NCBI RefSeq assembly: GCF_003010495.1
Contig: NZ_CP027570.1
Location: forward strand, 1,950,001-1,982,000
Origin: Megasphaera elsdenii DSM 20460
GTDB taxonomy: Bacteria; Bacillota; Negativicutes; Veillonellales; Megasphaeraceae
DNA length: 32,000 nt
Direction of reading: 5' to 3'
This document shows positions 16,774 through 24,651 of this stretch, piece after piece. The translations under genes and the position numbers were made by a program. Position 1 is the stretch's first letter; each line of letters begins with the position of its first letter. Under the pieces are notes generated by a model. That model was not told where the DNA came from. It worked only from the letters and a program-made list of their open reading frames with translations, and searched no databases.

Positions 16774-19700
16774 ATGGACTTACGATTGTACCACAACTCT
16801 CATGAATTTTATTACCGCTCGTCTTTTGGTGCCGTTCCCTCCGGGAGCCGGCTCATCCTGCGCCTCCGGGCCGGCGGCAGCGATGCCCGGAACTGCCGGG
16901 CCCGCATCCGCCTGTGGCAGAGCAATGTCGGTGAATCCTTTGTGCCCATGACGTACCAAGACGGCATTTTCACGGGCTGCGTCACCATGCCGCCCAAGGG
17001 CTGCCTGGTCTGGTATTATTTCATCGTCGACGATGGCCATGAGACCGTCTATTACGGCAATAACTACGATCGCCTCGGCGGGGAAGGGGCCAAATATCCC
17101 GAGGTGCCGCCGGCCTATCAGGTCACGGTCTACGATAAGGACGCCCATACGCCGGACTGGTTCAAACATGCCATCGTCTACCAGATTTTCCCGGACCGCT
17201 TCCGCCACGGGACCCATACGACAGGCCGCCTGTACGGTAAGAAAGGGGCCGTCATCCATAGCGACTGGGACGACGTGCCTTATTACTGCAAGCGCGAAGG
17301 CCAGGGCGACATCGTCTATTACGACTTTTTTGGCGGCAACCTCGCCGGTATCCGGGAAAAGCTGCCTTACTTGAAGGAACTGGGAATCACGGCGATTTAC
17401 CTCAACCCGATTTTTGAAAGTTCCAGCAATCACCGCTACGGTACGGCCGATTACTTCCGCGTCGACCCCATGCTGGGGACGAATGAAGAATTTGCCGCTT
17501 TCTGCCAGGCCGCCAAAGAAGCAGGCATCCACATCATCCTTGACGGCGTCTTCAGCCATACCGGGGCCGACAGCATTTACTTCAACCGCTTCGGCAACTA
17601 TCCCGGCGTCGGCGCCTATCAGTCGAAGGAATCGCCGTATTATGAATGGTACCGCTTCAAGCAGTATCCCGACGACTATGAATCGTGGTGGGGCGTATCG
17701 GACCTGCCCGATGTCGAAGAGACGACGCCGTCTTATATGGATTTCATCATCGACAGCGAAGACAGCGTCCTCAAATACTGGCTGAACGAAGGCATCAGCG
17801 GCTGGCGCCTGGACGTCATCGACGAACTGCCCGTGCCCTTCCTGCGCCAGTTCTACCATACGCTGAAAGAGGAAAAGCCCGACGCCATCCTCATCGGCGA
17901 AGTCTGGGAAGATGCTTCGAACAAGGTCAGTTACAGCGAGCAGCGGGAGTACCTCTGCGGCTATGACATCGACAGTGCCATGAATTACGCCCAACGGGCC
18001 ATCATGCTGGATTTCATGACCGGTGTCAAAGATGCGCGGCGCATGAATGCTGAATTGACGCGGCTCATTGAAAATTATCCGCCCGAAAATTTCTATGCCA
18101 TGCTCAACCTCATCGGCAGCCACGATATCGAACGCATCCTGACGGTCCTCACCAAGGCCGGCGGCACCGACGTGGCGACGGCCGAAGAAACGGGCAAGAA
18201 GCGCCTGAAGCTGTTGACGGCCTGGCAGATGACCATGCCCGGTGCGCCCTGCATCTATTACGGCGATGAAGTCGGCGTCACCGGCGGCAAGGATCCCGAC
18301 AACCGCCGGACCTATCCCTGGGGCCACGAAGACCTGGACCTGCTGTCCTGGACCAAGGCCCTGACGCGGCTGCGCACAGCACACGACGCTTTACAGACGG
18401 GCCGCTTCATCCCCCTCTATGCCGACGGCGACGTCTTCGCCTTTGCCCGGGTCATCGAAGGGGGACAGGATGTCTTCGGCAAGCCCGCCGAAGATGGCTT
18501 CTTCATCATCGCCATGAACCGCAATCCGTCGGCCCTGCGGACAATCAGTATCTATACGGACGGCCTGGCTTACGGGAAACTGACCAATGCCCTCCATCCG
18601 CGCATGACGCCGGTCACGACGGTGAACAGCCGCCTGACCCTGACCCTGCCGCCCCTGAAAGTAGTCATCCTCCAGGGGAAGGAGGCCGGGACCAAGCGGG
18701 CCGGTGTCCTCCTGCATCCGACGTCCCTGCCGGCAGCCTGTGGCAACGGCGTCTTGGGACCGGCGGCATACCGCTTCGTCGATTTCCTCAAAGCCGCCGG
18801 CCAACGGGTCTGGCAGATCCTGCCCCTGACGCCGCCCCTCATGGGCGATTCGCCGTATTTGTCGGAATCGGCCTTTGCCGGCAACGAAGCCCTCATTTCC
18901 CTGGAAGTCCTGCGCGACTGGGGCTGGCTGCGGCAGGAAGCGCTGGACGATTTCCTGGCCCAGGGGCAAAAGACGACGTCCTGGCACAGCCTGGCAGCTT
19001 ATAAGGCCAAGATTCTCTGGGATATGTCCCATGATCCGGACCTGACCATTCCCTGGGAACCGTTCCGGGCTTTCTGTGAAAAGAACGCCTACTGGCTCGA
19101 CGACTACGCCCTGTTCCGGGCTGTCCGCGACTTCTTCGGCGGCCGCTGCTGGACGGAGTGGCCCGAAGATATCCGCCATCACAGCCGGGAAGCCCTGGCT
19201 CAGTACGGCAGGGAACTGGCCGGCGCCGTATCGCATGTCAAATTCATGCAGTATATCTTCAGCCGCCAGTGGCACGATGTCCGGGCCTATGCCGCCAAAA
19301 ACGGCGTGTCCGTCCTCGGCGATGTGCCCATGTTCGTCGCCCACAACAGTGCCGACTGCTGGGCCCACCAGGACCAGTTCGACCTCGACGAAATGGGAAA
19401 TCCGTCATCTGTCGCCGGCGTCCCGCCCGATTACTTCAGTGCCGATGGCCAGCTCTGGGGCAATCCCCTTTACGATTACCAGGCCATGGCTGCGGACAAC
19501 TACCAGTGGTGGACGGACCGCTTCCGCCGCATGATGGACCTCGTCGACGAAGTCCGGGTCGACCATTTCCGCGGCTTTGCCGCCTACTGGGCGGTGCCGG
19601 CCGGCTCGGAAACGGCTAAGAGCGGCGCCTGGAAAGAGGGCCCCGGCCTCGACCTTTTCCGGGCGGTCTATCAGAAAATCGGCAGGCTCCGCCTCGTCGC

Positions 19701-20172
19701 CGAAGACCTGGGCGTCATTACCGACGACGTGTGCACCTTGAAAGATGCCCTGCACCTGCCGGGGATGAAAGTCATCCAGTTCCACCTCAAGGACCGGGCC
19801 GACGGCCGCCTGGCCTTCGATACGGAACCGGACTGCATCGCCTATACCGGGACCCATGACAACAACACCATCCGCGGCTGGTATGAAGACGACCTGTCGC
19901 CGAGCCAGCAGCTCCACGTCCGCCAGATGCTGGGCCTGTCTGATGAAGCGGCTCCGCAGGAAATCGTCGGCGCCCTCATCGCCTATACCTGCCGCCGCCG
20001 GGCCGAAACGGTCATCATCCCCATGCAGGATCTCCTGGCCCTGCCGTCGTCGGGACGCATGAATACGCCCGGCGTGGCGGAAGGCAACTGGCACTGGCAG
20101 CTCAAAGACGGGCAGCTGACCTTCGATATCGCCCGCTGGCTGGCCAAAGTGTGCCGCGAAAGCGGACGTTGA
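16774..20172 (+). CDS. Bifunctional GH13 alpha-amylase-family (neopullulanase/cyclomaltodextrinase-like) :: GH77 4-alpha-glucanotransferase (MalQ-like) fusion
   Basis: The N-terminal ~640 aa carry GH13 regions (DGVFSHTG, GWRLDVIDELP, LIGEVWED, IGSHD). From ~18694 the sequence AGVLLHPTSLP...WQILPLTPP...VRVDHFRGF...GTHDNNT is a full amylomaltase domain. It is one uninterrupted ORF. Confidence 0.85.
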   Translation: MDLRLYHNSHEFYYRSSFGAVPSGSRLILRLRAGGSDARNCRARIRLWQSNVGESFVPMTYQDGIFTGCVTMPPKGCLVWYYFIVDDGHETVYYGNNYDRLGGEGAKYPEVPPAYQVTVYDKDAHTPDWFKHAIVYQIFPDRFRHGTHTTGRLYGKKGAVIHSDWDDVPYYCKREGQGDIVYYDFFGGNLAGIREKLPYLKELGITAIYLNPIFESSSNHRYGTADYFRVDPMLGTNEEFAAFCQAAKEAGIHIILDGVFSHTGADSIYFNRFGNYPGVGAYQSKESPYYEWYRFKQYPDDYESWWGVSDLPDVEETTPSYMDFIIDSEDSVLKYWLNEGISGWRLDVIDELPVPFLRQFYHTLKEEKPDAILIGEVWEDASNKVSYSEQREYLCGYDIDSAMNYAQRAIMLDFMTGVKDARRMNAELTRLIENYPPENFYAMLNLIGSHDIERILTVLTKAGGTDVATAEETGKKRLKLLTAWQMTMPGAPCIYYGDEVGVTGGKDPDNRRTYPWGHEDLDLLSWTKALTRLRTAHDALQTGRFIPLYADGDVFAFARVIEGGQDVFGKPAEDGFFIIAMNRNPSALRTISIYTDGLAYGKLTNALHPRMTPVTTVNSRLTLTLPPLKVVILQGKEAGTKRAGVLLHPTSLPAACGNGVLGPAAYRFVDFLKAAGQRVWQILPLTPPLMGDSPYLSESAFAGNEALISLEVLRDWGWLRQEALDDFLAQGQKTTSWHSLAAYKAKILWDMSHDPDLTIPWEPFRAFCEKNAYWLDDYALFRAVRDFFGGRCWTEWPEDIRHHSREALAQYGRELAGAVSHVKFMQYIFSRQWHDVRAYAAKNGVSVLGDVPMFVAHNSADCWAHQDQFDLDEMGNPSSVAGVPPDYFSADGQLWGNPLYDYQAMAADNYQWWTDRFRRMMDLVDEVRVDHFRGFAAYWAVPAGSETAKSGAWKEGPGLDLFRAVYQKIGRLRLVAEDLGVITDDVCTLKDALHLPGMKVIQFHLKDRADGRLAFDTEPDCIAYTGTHDNNTIRGWYEDDLSPSQQLHVRQMLGLSDEAAPQEIVGALIAYTCRRRAETVIIPMQDLLALPSSGRMNTPGVAEGNWHWQLKDGQLTFDIARWLAKVCRESGR

Positions 20173-20204
20173 TCAAACGATGAATGATACATAAAAGGAA
20201 TAAC

Positions 20205-20241
20205 GCGCTGCTCTCAAAAAGAAGGGAGCAGCGCATTTTTT
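20205..20241 (+). terminator. Rho-independent terminator
   Basis: GCGCTGCTC (20205-20213) pairs with GAGCAGCGC (20226-20234). ATTTTTT follows. Confidence 0.85.
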
Positions 20242-20299
20242 GTCGAATACGTATAGTAAAGAACGTTGTAAAGGATGTGATTTTGTGTATCTTACTTAT

Positions 20300-21946
20300 A
20301 TGCGTATTCAAAATTACCGGAATCTGCAAGATGTCGAAATGACTTTTCACGAAAAGGCCAACTATATCGTCGGGGAAAACGCCATCGGCAAGAGCGGCCT
20401 GCTGCGCCTCATTTCCTATATGAGCGATGGCCGCAACGTTGAAGAAGACGATTATGCCGACGTGACCCGGCCCATTATCATCACGATGGATCTGAACTTG
20501 CTGCAGAGTGAACGGGAACATTTCGCCGATACGCCGGACGAACGCCGCCAGAGTGTGCGCGTCCGCATGGAAATGCGCGTCAGCGACATGTATCCTCATC
20601 TCTACGATGACAACAGCGGCGAAGAACTGCCGTTAGAGCTCATCCGCCGCCTGCGCTACGTATCCTATTCGGCGGCTGTACCGGAAGAACAGCGCGTGCC
20701 GCCGCGCATTTACCGGGCCCTGGAACAGAAGCTGTCGAACTGGGGCGAGGCTCACTGGGATGGCCTGTCGGACGAAGCCAAGGCCTTCATCCACCACGAA
20801 GTCGCCGTCGGCACCATGGACTCGTCGTATTTCATCAACATTTTCCTCTTGTCCCGTCTCTTATGCCGCATGGACCGGCCCAGGGCGGACAATATGAAAT
20901 TCATTTCCCTGGCCGCGTTATGCATCATCACCCAGGTCTACCTGATGTCCATCAGCCGCGCCGTGCCCTTGGAACACAATGTCATCGTCGACGAAGCAGG
21001 TAAGCGCTATCTGCCCCTTGTCATTTCCATCGATGAACCGGAAATGCACCTCCATCCCTATATGCAGCGGTCGGTCCTGCATTATTACCAGCAGCTCCTC
21101 AACAATGAAGACCCGCAGTTCTGCACGCTCCTCAAGGATTTGTTCGGCCTCGACGGTCTGCGGGGCCAGTTGTTCATCGTCACCCATTCGACGGATTCCC
21201 TCATCGACGATTACCGCCACATCATCCGCCTGTACCGCAATAAACAGGGCCTGGTCAAAGCGGCCTGCGGTGCCGGCTTCCATTTCAGCGAAGAAATCGA
21301 GAAACACTTGATCATGCACTTCCCGGAAGTCAAAGAAGCCCTGTATTCGCGGAGCGTCCTCATCGTCGAAGGGGAAACGGAATACGGCTGCTTCCAGCAT
21401 TTCGGCAAGACCCTGGACCTGCCTTTCGATCACTACGGCATCTGCCTCATCAATGCCCGCGGCGAAAGTTCCATTTCCAAGATCAAGAAGCTCCTGGAAT
21501 ACTTCAAGATTCCCGTCGTCGCCCTCTACGACGCCGACGTCAAGGGCAGCCACAAGAGCGAACGGGGCGTCTACTTCACCGATGAAATCTGCTTTGAAAT
21601 GGACCTGGCCAAGACCATGATCGACCACGGCCAGCGCCGCGACCTGGACCGCATCATCAATACGGCCTGCGGCGAACACGCCCGGGCCACGACGGACATG
21701 ATCAAGAAGGCCTGCCGCAAACTGGACGTCAACTTCCACGACTATCCGGCCCGCCTTCTGTGGCACGTCAATCCGCGCAATAAGAAAGCCCTGTACATCT
21801 ATTATTTCGCCTGGCTCTACAGCAATAAAGGCGTCATCCTCGGCCGCCTCATCGGCCAGTCCCTGAAAAAAGAAGACATCCCGCCATCCTTCGTCCGCGC
21901 CATCGAAGCCGCCGGCCAGCTGGCAAAAGTCACAAAAGCCGTATAA
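20300..21946 (+). CDS. OLD-family ATP-dependent nuclease (ABC-type ATPase + C-terminal Toprim)
   Basis: Contains MRIQNYRNL...GENAIGKSG (Walker A), LVISIDEPEMHLHP (Walker B) and FIVTHS (H-loop). The Toprim motifs are VLIVEGETEY and ALYDADV (DxD). The start is uncertain: ATG 20300 or GTG 20285. The ORF-track TTG at 20240 sits inside the upstream terminator. Confidence 0.75.
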   Translation: MRIQNYRNLQDVEMTFHEKANYIVGENAIGKSGLLRLISYMSDGRNVEEDDYADVTRPIIITMDLNLLQSEREHFADTPDERRQSVRVRMEMRVSDMYPHLYDDNSGEELPLELIRRLRYVSYSAAVPEEQRVPPRIYRALEQKLSNWGEAHWDGLSDEAKAFIHHEVAVGTMDSSYFINIFLLSRLLCRMDRPRADNMKFISLAALCIITQVYLMSISRAVPLEHNVIVDEAGKRYLPLVISIDEPEMHLHPYMQRSVLHYYQQLLNNEDPQFCTLLKDLFGLDGLRGQLFIVTHSTDSLIDDYRHIIRLYRNKQGLVKAACGAGFHFSEEIEKHLIMHFPEVKEALYSRSVLIVEGETEYGCFQHFGKTLDLPFDHYGICLINARGESSISKIKKLLEYFKIPVVALYDADVKGSHKSERGVYFTDEICFEMDLAKTMIDHGQRRDLDRIINTACGEHARATTDMIKKACRKLDVNFHDYPARLLWHVNPRNKKALYIYYFAWLYSNKGVILGRLIGQSLKKEDIPPSFVRAIEAAGQLAKVTKAV

Positions 21947-21996
21947 ACGCAGTCCGCCGCGGTCCCACGGACCGCATCCGTAGGCGTCCCGTCCAA

Positions 21997-22042
21997 GGCT
22001 CCCTTTATAGGGGAGCTGTCAGCGTCAGCTGACTGAGAGGTT
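21997..22042 (-). repeat. Half copy of the Type-A element, inverted orientation
   Basis: GGCTCCCTTTATAGGGGAGCTGTCAGCGTCAGCTGACTGAGAGGTT is close to the reverse complement of the right half of the 1243..1331 and 1440..1530 elements. Confidence 0.8.
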
Positions 22043-22057
22043 GAATTTGCGTCCCGC

Positions 22058-22119
22058 GGGATTCCCACAAGCGGGCCGCCCTTTGGGACGGCCCCTACTA
22101 GCCACGAGCCACGAGCCAT
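22058..22119 (+). repeat. 41-nt hairpin module plus 3-unit heptad array (upstream of topB)
   Basis: GGGATTCCCACAAGCGGGCCGCCCTTTGGGACGGCCCCTAC is followed by TAGCCAC GAGCCAC GAGCCAT. The module matches 24437..24477 at 40 of 41 positions. Confidence 0.88.
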
Positions 22120-22127
22120 GGTATGAT
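22119..22127 (+). promoter_or_regulatory. Putative extended -10 promoter (TGgTATGAT) for topB
   Basis: TGGTATGAT directly abuts the heptad array and lies ~37 nt upstream of ATG 22164. No -35 hexamer is evident. Confidence 0.35.
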
Positions 22128-22163
22128 ATAGGGTACAGTCTATTTCAGAAAGAGAGATGCCTT

Positions 22164-24299
22164 ATGAAACTTTTTATTGCCGAAAAACCGAGCATGGCCC
22201 GGGAACTGGCGAAGTGCCTGCCGGAGCCGCACCAGCGGGGGAACGGCTGTATCCGTACGGGCGGCGGCATCGTGACCTGGGCTTATGGCCATGTCTTGCA
22301 GCAGGCTGAACCCCAGGACTATGATCCCAAGTACAAGCGCTGGAATGCCGATGACTTGCCGATCATCCCCCAAAAGTGGAAGCTCCTGGTCAGTCCGGCC
22401 AGCAAGGATCAGTTCAAGGTCATTACGGACCTCATCGCCAGTCCCGACGTCGATACCATCGTCAACGCCGGGGACCCGGACCGGGAAGGGCAGCTGCTCA
22501 TCGACGAAATCCTCGACTACGTCGGCAATAAGAAGCCTGTCGAACGGATCCTCCTGAATGCCCTCGATGAAAAGAGCATCCACGAATCCCTCGACGATTT
22601 ACGCAGCAACGGTGATTTCGTCCACCTCAAGGAATCAGCCCTGGCCCGCAGCCGCGCCGACTGGCTCATCGGCATGAACCTGTCCCGGGCGTATACCCTG
22701 GCTGCCCGCCGCCAGGGGCACCGCGTCGTCTTTCCCATTGGCCGCGTCAAGACGCCGACCTTGGCCCTCGTCGTCCGCCGCCAGCGGGAACTGGACAACT
22801 TCGTGCCCGTCACGTATTACGTCGTCAAAGCCGATTTCCTTCATAAGAACGGCGTCATCCGCGCCCAATGGCAGCCCCGCGATACCCAGGGCGGCCTCGA
22901 TCCGGAAGGGCGCTGTGTCGATGAAAAGACGGCCCGGTCCATCCTCGAACGCCTCCAGGCTCGGCCTGACGGTACGATTGTCGAGAACAAGAAGACCAAG
23001 AAGAAAGAGGCCCAGCGCCTGCCCCTGTCCCTGTCGTCCCTGCAGGTCCTGGCCGGCAAGCGGTATGGCTACACGCCGCAGCAGGTCCTCGATACGGCCC
23101 AGGAACTGTACGAACGGAAACTGACGACCTATCCCCGGTCGGACTGCGAATATCTGCCGGTGAACCAGCGCAAGGACGTACCGCGGATCTTGCAGAACAT
23201 CGGTGCCTTGGAAGCGGGGAAGCTGGCGGAATGGGCGGCCGGTGCCGACGGCAAGATACGCAGCCGCGCCTGGAACGACAGCAAGATCACGGCCCATCAC
23301 GCCATCATCCCGACGACCGTAGCCTGCCCCTTCGATAAATTGACGTCTATGCAGCAGCATATCTACTATCTCGTCGCCCAGGCCTATCTGGCCCAGTTCT
23401 ATCCCATCCATGAATACGACCAGACGCGCATGGTCATCGAAGCCGCTGACGAAACCTTTATCGCCCACGGCAAGACCGTCACCGTGCCGGGCTGGAAAGT
23501 CCTCTATCAGAGCGATAAGCATGACGAGGAAGACGAAGAAAAGGGGACCCTGCCGGCGGTCCGCAAGGGCGACGGCGTCCACTACCAGAACGGCCAGGTC
23601 GACAAGAAAGCGACGAAGCCGCCGCCGCGGTTCACGCCGTCGACGCTCCTGGCAGCGATGAAGGAAATCTATAAGTACGTCAAGGATGAAAGCCTGAAGA
23701 AGAAATTGAAAGAAGTCCAGGGCATCGGCACCGAAGCGACGCGGGCGACGATCATCCAGGAACTCATCCAGCGCAAATTCCTGACGACAGAAGGGAAGAA
23801 GAAGTACCTCAAGCCAACAGACGACGCGTATCTCCTCGTCGATTCCCTGCCGGATGAAATGCTCTATCCCGACGAAACGGCGGTCTGGGAAGAACGGCTC
23901 TATCAGATGAGCCTGGGCAAGGATGACCTCAACCACTTCCTGCACGACCAGTTGTCCTTCCTGGATACCTTAGTCACGGCAGCCCGGAAAGTTGTCATGC
24001 ACCTGGCCGGCATCAAGGTCTGTCCCGTCTGCGGCAGCGCCATGGTCAAGCGCCACGGCAAATACGGCGACTTCTACGGCTGCAGCAATTACCCGTCGTG
24101 CCGCCACACCGAGCCCGTCGAGGGAGAAAAGAAACGGCCCGACGCCAAGCCGTCGCCCTATCCCTGCCCGCGCTGCCATAAAGGGACCTTCCAGAAACGG
24201 ACTGGCCCGTATGGCCCGTTCTGGGTCTGCAGCCAGGAAGGCTGCAACACCAAATGTGCCGACGTCGACGGCGTGCCCAGCCTCTACGCTAAACATTAG
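22164..24299 (+). CDS. topB: DNA topoisomerase III with two C-terminal zinc-ribbon motifs
   Basis: MKLFIAEKPSMAREL, the Toprim motif DPDREGQL and the type IA core are present. The C-terminal motifs are CPVCGSAMVKRHGKYGDFYGCSNYPSC and CPRCHKG...WVCSQEGC. The ORF-track start at 22041 runs through repeat DNA. Confidence 0.92.
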   Translation: MKLFIAEKPSMARELAKCLPEPHQRGNGCIRTGGGIVTWAYGHVLQQAEPQDYDPKYKRWNADDLPIIPQKWKLLVSPASKDQFKVITDLIASPDVDTIVNAGDPDREGQLLIDEILDYVGNKKPVERILLNALDEKSIHESLDDLRSNGDFVHLKESALARSRADWLIGMNLSRAYTLAARRQGHRVVFPIGRVKTPTLALVVRRQRELDNFVPVTYYVVKADFLHKNGVIRAQWQPRDTQGGLDPEGRCVDEKTARSILERLQARPDGTIVENKKTKKKEAQRLPLSLSSLQVLAGKRYGYTPQQVLDTAQELYERKLTTYPRSDCEYLPVNQRKDVPRILQNIGALEAGKLAEWAAGADGKIRSRAWNDSKITAHHAIIPTTVACPFDKLTSMQQHIYYLVAQAYLAQFYPIHEYDQTRMVIEAADETFIAHGKTVTVPGWKVLYQSDKHDEEDEEKGTLPAVRKGDGVHYQNGQVDKKATKPPPRFTPSTLLAAMKEIYKYVKDESLKKKLKEVQGIGTEATRATIIQELIQRKFLTTEGKKKYLKPTDDAYLLVDSLPDEMLYPDETAVWEERLYQMSLGKDDLNHFLHDQLSFLDTLVTAARKVVMHLAGIKVCPVCGSAMVKRHGKYGDFYGCSNYPSCRHTEPVEGEKKRPDAKPSPYPCPRCHKGTFQKRTGPYGPFWVCSQEGCNTKCADVDGVPSLYAKH

Positions 24300-24309
24300 C
24301 GTAGAGGCC

Positions 24310-24416
24310 GTAGGGGCGCCCATAACCGGGCGCCCGCGCGAATCCCGTGGATAACGCAAACCGCATTGTAGGGGCTCCCGCGTGGGGAGCCCGCCGCGAA
24401 TCCTGTGGATAACGCA
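24310..24416 (+). repeat. Two tandem 49-nt hairpin-containing units (24310..24358 and 24368..24416)
   Basis: The units are GTAGGGGCGCCCATAACCGGGCGCCCGCGCGAATCCCGTGGATAACGCA and GTAGGGGCTCCCGCGTGGGGAGCCCGCCGCGAATCCTGTGGATAACGCA. The stems differ by a compensatory pair. Confidence 0.85.
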
Positions 24417-24436
24417 GTCCGCAGTCCGCATCCTGC

Positions 24437-24529
24437 GGGATTCCCACAAACGGGCCGCCCTTTGGGACGGCCCCTACGAGCTACGAACCACGAGTCACGA
24501 GCCACGAACCACGAGCCACGAATCACGGG
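24437..24529 (+). repeat. 41-nt hairpin module plus 8-unit heptad array (downstream of topB)
   Basis: GGGATTCCCACAAACGGGCCGCCCTTTGGGACGGCCCCTAC is followed by (C)TACGAG CTACGAA CCACGAG TCACGAG CCACGAA CCACGAG CCACGAA TCACGGG at 7-nt period. Confidence 0.88.
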
Positions 24530-24587
24530 ATTCCCACAACGGGCCGCCTTTACAGGACGGTCCCTACTAGCCACGAACACAGGCCTA
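24527..24587 (+). repeat. Diverged hairpin module plus short degenerate heptads
   Basis: GGGATTCCCACAACGGGCCGCCTTTACAGGACGGTCCCTAC is followed by TAGCCAC GAACACA GGCCTAT. The stem keeps pairing only via G-U on the + strand. Confidence 0.75.
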
Positions 24588-24596
24588 TGGTATTAT
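24588..24596 (+). promoter_or_regulatory. Putative extended -10 promoter (TGgTATTAT) for nifS-mnmA
   Basis: TGGTATTAT(AAAT) directly follows the repeat cluster, ~55 nt upstream of ATG 24652. Confidence 0.35.
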
Positions 24597-24651
24597 AAAT
24601 AATAGGCTATTTTTTATAGCTATTTTGTCAACTTTGGAGTCAGAATCATCA

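Noticed and set aside
20240-20299. TTG start at 20240 for the OLD-family gene
   Set aside because: That TTG lies within the T-tract of the upstream intrinsic terminator. The conserved N-terminus MRIQNYRNL begins at 20300, and GTG 20285 remains possible.
22041-22163. N-terminal extension of topB, and small ORFs 24382..24570, 24405..24602 and 1282..1587 that read through the repeat clusters
   Set aside because: These ORFs translate hairpin modules and 7-nt-period arrays (TSHEPRTTSHE). Period 7 is incompatible with coding conservation. The canonical TopB start MKLFIAEKPS is at 22164.
24310-24587. Possible CRISPR array, given the clustered direct repeats
   Set aside because: The repeat units are 7 nt, or 49 nt in only two copies. 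There are no regularly sized unique spacers and no cas genes, so the architecture does not fit CRISPR.
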